64,000 nucleotides of DNA from Candidatus Bathyarchaeota archaeon (GTDB lineage: Archaea; Thermoproteota; Bathyarchaeia; Bathyarchaeales; Bathycorpusculaceae): NCBI GenBank assembly GCA_963777155.1, contig CAVZPM010000001.1, forward strand, positions 96,001 to 160,000, given 5' to 3'. The translations under genes were made by a program, and so were the position numbers. The notes beneath the pieces are model-generated. The model ran no database searches, had not been told where the DNA came from, and saw nothing but the letters and a program-made list of their open reading frames with translations. Within the stretch, counting starts at the first letter, position 1; each line of letters begins with the position of its first letter. Positions 59,983 to 64,000 of the stretch are shown here, one piece after another.

Positions 59983-60771
59983 TCATGGATTTGCTTTTTG
60001 TTGAATTTCATCTAGCCTTTCTTTAGCTATTTTCCGGACCCTGGAGGCAATTAATTTACCCTTTGCCGGATTATTTATCCTCAGAAGAAGTGCCAGTCTG
60101 ACTGATTGAATATTTAGATTGGTCACACGAACTTCAGGTACAAACTCGGGAATAAGCTCTTCTTTGAGTTCTAAACCAATGTCCAATAGCGCCTTCTCCA
60201 CATCTGAAAGATCTAAGGCTCTGCTTATCACTATGGAAATTGCAATACGAGTTCCTCCCGGAGTTGTTTTGTTAATTACTATATTTTGAGTAATTTTCGA
60301 GTTGGGTACGTGCACAGTTTCATTGTCAGGAGTCATCAGAACTGTATCTTCCCATGTGATGTCTACAACTCGTCCAAAAAATTTGCCAACTTGAACCCAA
60401 TCTCCCAGCTTAAACGGTTCATATGATTTTATGACTCCGTAAGAAACCAAGTTTGATAATACATGTCTTAGGGCAATTGCCAAAATTATTGCGCCTAAGG
60501 CAACGAGGGTCAGCAAAATTGTTGGGTCTAAGCCAACCTGACTAAATGCTATCAAAATTCCTGTGAACCAGGTTATCCAGGTTACAAGGCGTCTAATTTG
60601 TCGAGACATACTTTGGCTGAGTTTACCCTTCGCTTTCGAGACAAGACTTCTCAGGATTATGGAAATTATCCAAGTGGCAAGAAAAATCAAGCCCACAATA
60701 GCTATTTTTAATAAAAGCTCAAAAGAGACTGGCAAGATAATTTGGTAGACTATTATTGGAATTCTTGTCAT
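59983..60771 (-). CDS. mscS: Small-conductance mechanosensitive channel
   Basis: Three TM helices, PFKLGDWV, G.V.DI and VPNS. Confidence 0.88.
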   Translation of the reverse strand: MTRIPIIVYQIILPVSFELLLKIAIVGLIFLATWIISIILRSLVSKAKGKLSQSMSRQIRRLVTWITWFTGILIAFSQVGLDPTILLTLVALGAIILAIALRHVLSNLVSYGVIKSYEPFKLGDWVQVGKFFGRVVDITWEDTVLMTPDNETVHVPNSKITQNIVINKTTPGGTRIAISIVISRALDLSDVEKALLDIGLELKEELIPEFVPEVRVTNLNIQSVRLALLLRINNPAKGKLIASRVRKIAKERLDEIQQKANP

Positions 60772-60794
60772 AGTTTAGGCTCTAATTGATTTTT

Positions 60795-61475
60795 TTATGT
60801 AATTTCAGCTTCTCTGAGTTTTTCAGCGGCTTTTTCAACTGTTTCTGATTCACCCAAAAGAAGCACTCTGTCTCCTCCTTTAAAGATGAAAGATTCCGTC
60901 GGAAAAACGAAATCGCTATTGCGAAATATGCTGGCGATCCTGATTTTTTCAGGCTCATCAAGTTTGTCCCTATTTTTACCGATTACTACGCCATTTTGAG
61001 GAATAATAACTGAAACAATCTTGAAGCCAAAGTTTGCTTTCTCATAGAGGGTTTCTATTGTTCGGCTTTCTATAGCATTCAAGAATAAGCGGCGAGTCTC
61101 TACCGATGGACAAATAGCGATGTCGGCACCAGCCGCCTTCATTAAATCTATGCTCTCAGGCTGATGAGCTCTCGCGATTACAAACGGTATTCCAAAGTCC
61201 CTTTTAGCTATCTCGCATACGGCAATATTTGTTTCATCATTGTTTGTTAAGGCCATCAAAGCGTCCATTTTATCAGCTTCCAAGTTTTTCCAAATTTCCT
61301 TCTCTTCTCCGCTTCCTTGGAAAATAGCTGCGTCCGCATGGTCAACTATATGCTTGCATGCTGCCTCGTCTTTTTCAATGACAGTGAGGAGGTGCCCTCT
61401 TTCGGAAAGGTAATGAATAACTGGTAAACCAATGTCGCCCGCACCGACTATCATAATTCGCAAAGATGTTACCAT
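60795..61475 (-). CDS. trkA: TrkA-family RCK protein
   Basis: GAGDIG Rossmann motif, LTNNDETN and a TrkA-C domain. Confidence 0.88.
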   Translation of the reverse strand: MVTSLRIMIVGAGDIGLPVIHYLSERGHLLTVIEKDEAACKHIVDHADAAIFQGSGEEKEIWKNLEADKMDALMALTNNDETNIAVCEIAKRDFGIPFVIARAHQPESIDLMKAAGADIAICPSVETRRLFLNAIESRTIETLYEKANFGFKIVSVIIPQNGVVIGKNRDKLDEPEKIRIASIFRNSDFVFPTESFIFKGGDRVLLLGESETVEKAAEKLREAEIT

Positions 61476-61530
61476 TTCTTAGATAACTTTATCATTTAAA
61501 AAGTATTGTGAATAAACCTCTTTTGGATGT

Positions 61531-62883
61531 CTATTCGACCGCTTCTTCCGTTTTTTGCGTTTTTCTAATTCTTTTGCTCACAAACAAAAGAAGTAACCCT
61601 ACGCCTCCAAAAGTGATTCCTAAAGCTAATGCTTCCAGACTCATTGTTATTATCATGAATGATAAAGCTGCAATGGCTATGATCGGTACATAGGGATAAA
61701 GTGGAACCTTGAAGGGGCGGTAAAGGTTTGGTTCAGTCTTTCTTAAACGAATTAAGGCTAATGCCACCATGATTGCTGTAACAGAGTAGCCAAGGGATAT
61801 TGCGTAAACAATAAAATTAATTGATCTTGTCAAAACAAAAAAGACGGCTATTAAAACAGTTAATGCTAGCGCTACATAAGGAGTCCTGTTCCTTGGATGA
61901 ACTTTTTTGAAGACTGATGGCAAGAAATCATTCCTACTCAAAGCAAAGGCGATACGTGTTCCACCTGCCATGGCTCCATTAATCGTAGTTAATGTTGCAA
62001 CCATTGCAGAAGCAGACACTATTGCGCCGCCTATCGGACCCACAAAGTAGGTTGCGGCATCTTGCAGGGGCGTAGATGAGTTAGCGTAGATTTCTGGTGG
62101 AGCACCAACAACCATAGCTATCGATGCGCCAGTGAAAAGCAGTGTAATAACAGCCAAAGTTAAAAAAAGGGCCCTTGGGATATTTCTTCCCGCAGTTTTG
62201 ACTTCTTCAGACATCTGAGTAATTGACTCATACCCTGCGTATGTGGGAAAAATAAAACTCACCATTAAGAACATGGGCAATATTCCTTTTGGAAAGAATG
62301 GTTCAAATCTGTTTGCTTCAAAACTCAGAGAGGCGCCAGAAATAAAAAAGCAAAGTGTAAAAATTAAGACGCCGGTGAGGGCTAATTGGACGATGCTCAT
62401 GCTTCTAGTTCCTCTAAAGTTGATTAAAGCAAACACAATCAATGTTAGAATTGCCAATGTGAAGGGCTCTACCCACCTAAGGAAATAGTTAACTGAAAGA
62501 GCAAAAACCAGTGAACCGATAGCGCAATCAGTAATGCTGCCTACCCAACTAAACCATCCCGCTATGAACGTAGGAGTTTTTTTGCCGAATGCGCGTCCTA
62601 CAAAAGCTATTGCTCCGCCCGCGCAGCTTGGAACGGATGCTCCAAGTTCAGCGTAAGAAAGTCCCATAAGGAGAGCAAAGAAAGCCCCAATTAAGAAAGT
62701 GACCACAATGCTAGGTCCAGCCTCGCTCACGGCTCTACCCATAATGGCAAACATTACGCCTCCTATTGCTGTGCCCACACCTAGAAATGTTGTTTGCACA
62801 AGATTCAAAGTGCGCAATAAAGGAATTTCGCGAATGATTCTATGAATTTTCTTATGAGTAGAGCTTTTTGTGAACACGTACAC
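61531..62883 (-). CDS. APC-family permease
   Basis: GTAIGG, AGP, YAEL, GYE...EE and RPFKVP. Confidence 0.9.
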   Translation of the reverse strand: MYVFTKSSTHKKIHRIIREIPLLRTLNLVQTTFLGVGTAIGGVMFAIMGRAVSEAGPSIVVTFLIGAFFALLMGLSYAELGASVPSCAGGAIAFVGRAFGKKTPTFIAGWFSWVGSITDCAIGSLVFALSVNYFLRWVEPFTLAILTLIVFALINFRGTRSMSIVQLALTGVLIFTLCFFISGASLSFEANRFEPFFPKGILPMFLMVSFIFPTYAGYESITQMSEEVKTAGRNIPRALFLTLAVITLLFTGASIAMVVGAPPEIYANSSTPLQDAATYFVGPIGGAIVSASAMVATLTTINGAMAGGTRIAFALSRNDFLPSVFKKVHPRNRTPYVALALTVLIAVFFVLTRSINFIVYAISLGYSVTAIMVALALIRLRKTEPNLYRPFKVPLYPYVPIIAIAALSFMIITMSLEALALGITFGGVGLLLLFVSKRIRKTQKTEEAVE

Positions 62884-63326
62884 CTCTTAAGAATCTAGCA
62901 GCAATTTATCATAAGTGGGATAATTATATTAGCTCTTCTGGAGAGGTCATGGGGCAAAAGGCAATGCTGAATCTTTGGGATTTCTGATTGATGCGACAGT
63001 TGTGCAAAATGCTTTTGCATCAGCATCAGCAGCATCTTCTATTTTTAACCTTTTAACGGTTACTGGATCTGTGGGCTTTGAAAAAGCAATCAGAAAAAGA
63101 TTTGAACTCATATATTGATGCAGATTCAAACATCTTTTCCTTTCCAGTAGAACTTACAAAGGCGGCATTTACTCACTTGCTTGAATGCAACTCTAATCCT
63201 AAATTGCGGAGGTGCGGCTTCTACCATTTATCTGATAATCTTTTTTCAATTAATCCTAGCATGCAAAATTTTATCTACTATTTCCCAACACATTATTCTA
63301 AAAAGTAATCTGGTCTGTGGTCTTTA

Positions 63327-63866
63327 ATGGCTAAAAAATCAAAGGTGAACCGCAGCTGGTCGATCAAAGGTTTGGGAGCACAAGAACCTGACCCAAACTT
63401 GAAAGAAAAGTTGATGCTTTTTGGCCAATTTGTGGGCGACTGGGAAATTGCCGAAGCCCAATACATGCAGGCAGATGGAACTTGGATTAAGATGAAAGGC
63501 GAGGTTCACTTTGGATGGATCCTTGGTGGAACTGCAGTTCAAGATGTCTGGATGGGTTACCGTGAAGGTTCACAAAAGCTGACGCTTTTTGGAACGACCA
63601 TTAGGTTCTATGATCCAAAGATTGATGCTTGTCGAAGCACTTGGCTATCTCCTTCCAATGGACGCGTACAAACTTTCATTGCCCGAAAAGTAAATGAAGA
63701 GATAATACTTGAAGAACAAACTTCTGGCGGCTACCCTGAGAAGTGGGTGTTTTCTCAGATAACACCAACGTCTTTCCGATGGCATTCTGAGGAAACACGC
63801 GATAAAGGTAAGACTTGGCAGTTGGCTGAGGAAATGAAGATTCGAAAGATTGTTCAAAAAACATAG
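63327..63866 (+). CDS. Conserved hypothetical beta-barrel protein (DUF1579-like)
   Basis: FGQFVGDW, ILGG.AVQD, GTT.R.YD and GKTW. Confidence 0.7.
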   Translation: MAKKSKVNRSWSIKGLGAQEPDPNLKEKLMLFGQFVGDWEIAEAQYMQADGTWIKMKGEVHFGWILGGTAVQDVWMGYREGSQKLTLFGTTIRFYDPKIDACRSTWLSPSNGRVQTFIARKVNEEIILEEQTSGGYPEKWVFSQITPTSFRWHSEETRDKGKTWQLAEEMKIRKIVQKT

Positions 63867-63882
63867 GCACGGGAAAACTCGA

Positions 63883-64000
63883 ATGGATAAATATGCGCTT
63901 CTTCTTGGATATTGGTCAGCAGCTATTATTGCATTACTCGTCATTCTCATTGACGTGGGCATGATTTTATCAACTATTCTTTTTCCCATGACAAATATCA
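63883..64000 (+). CDS. Membrane protein, 3' end truncated by the window
   Basis: MDKYALLLGYWSAAIIALLVILIDVGMILSTILF, open to the window end. Confidence 0.5.
   Translation, partial: MDKYALLLGYWSAAIIALLVILIDVGMILSTILFPMTNI

Noticed and set aside
1-64000. CRISPR array, cas genes, transposases, integrases or prophage
   Set aside because: No regularly spaced repeats or recognisable motifs were seen, and no duplicated tRNA 3' end (att site) was noticed near either tRNA.

Overview
Archaeal chromosomal DNA, most consistent with Bathyarchaeia (TACK). The lineage is an inference from archaeal markers: PriS-like primase, PAC2 chaperone, CTP-dependent RibK, an initiator tRNA with an A1-U72 pair, and TATA boxes with AGGTGA/GGAGG ribosome-binding sites. 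No CRISPR array, transposase, integrase or rRNA was seen. Main blocks: (1) aspS and hypA with an Mrp-type HypB; (2) a sugar-phosphate/glycogen cluster with pgk, a bacterial-type class I GAPDH, a GT4 glycosyltransferase, a wHTH-DUF5752 protein and a coupled DUF2090 aldolase-fold gene plus glpX; (3) tRNA-Arg(CCG), then a ~19 kb oxidative-stress/iron/copper region (KGG protein, flavodoxin, ferritin-like protein, Cys-rich regulators, wHTH-VIT1 fusion, peroxiredoxin, Nth, FTR-rubredoxin, glutaredoxin, flavin disulfide reductase, zinc ferredoxin, tandem Alba-like protein, SOD, rubrerythrin, FprA, PDO, YHS-CopA, ferredoxin); (4) a ribophorin-I-like protein, tRNA-iMet and PAC2; (5) hisGDCBHAFI; (6) mixed housekeeping and transport genes. 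Four genes (pgk, lpd-like, hisG, hisD) each carry one extra base, probably from assembly error. The best leads are the DUF2090-GlpX module as a possible new FBP aldolase/phosphatase route, the regulators of the redox region, the ribophorin-like protein, several unannotated small ORFs and three structured non-coding segments.
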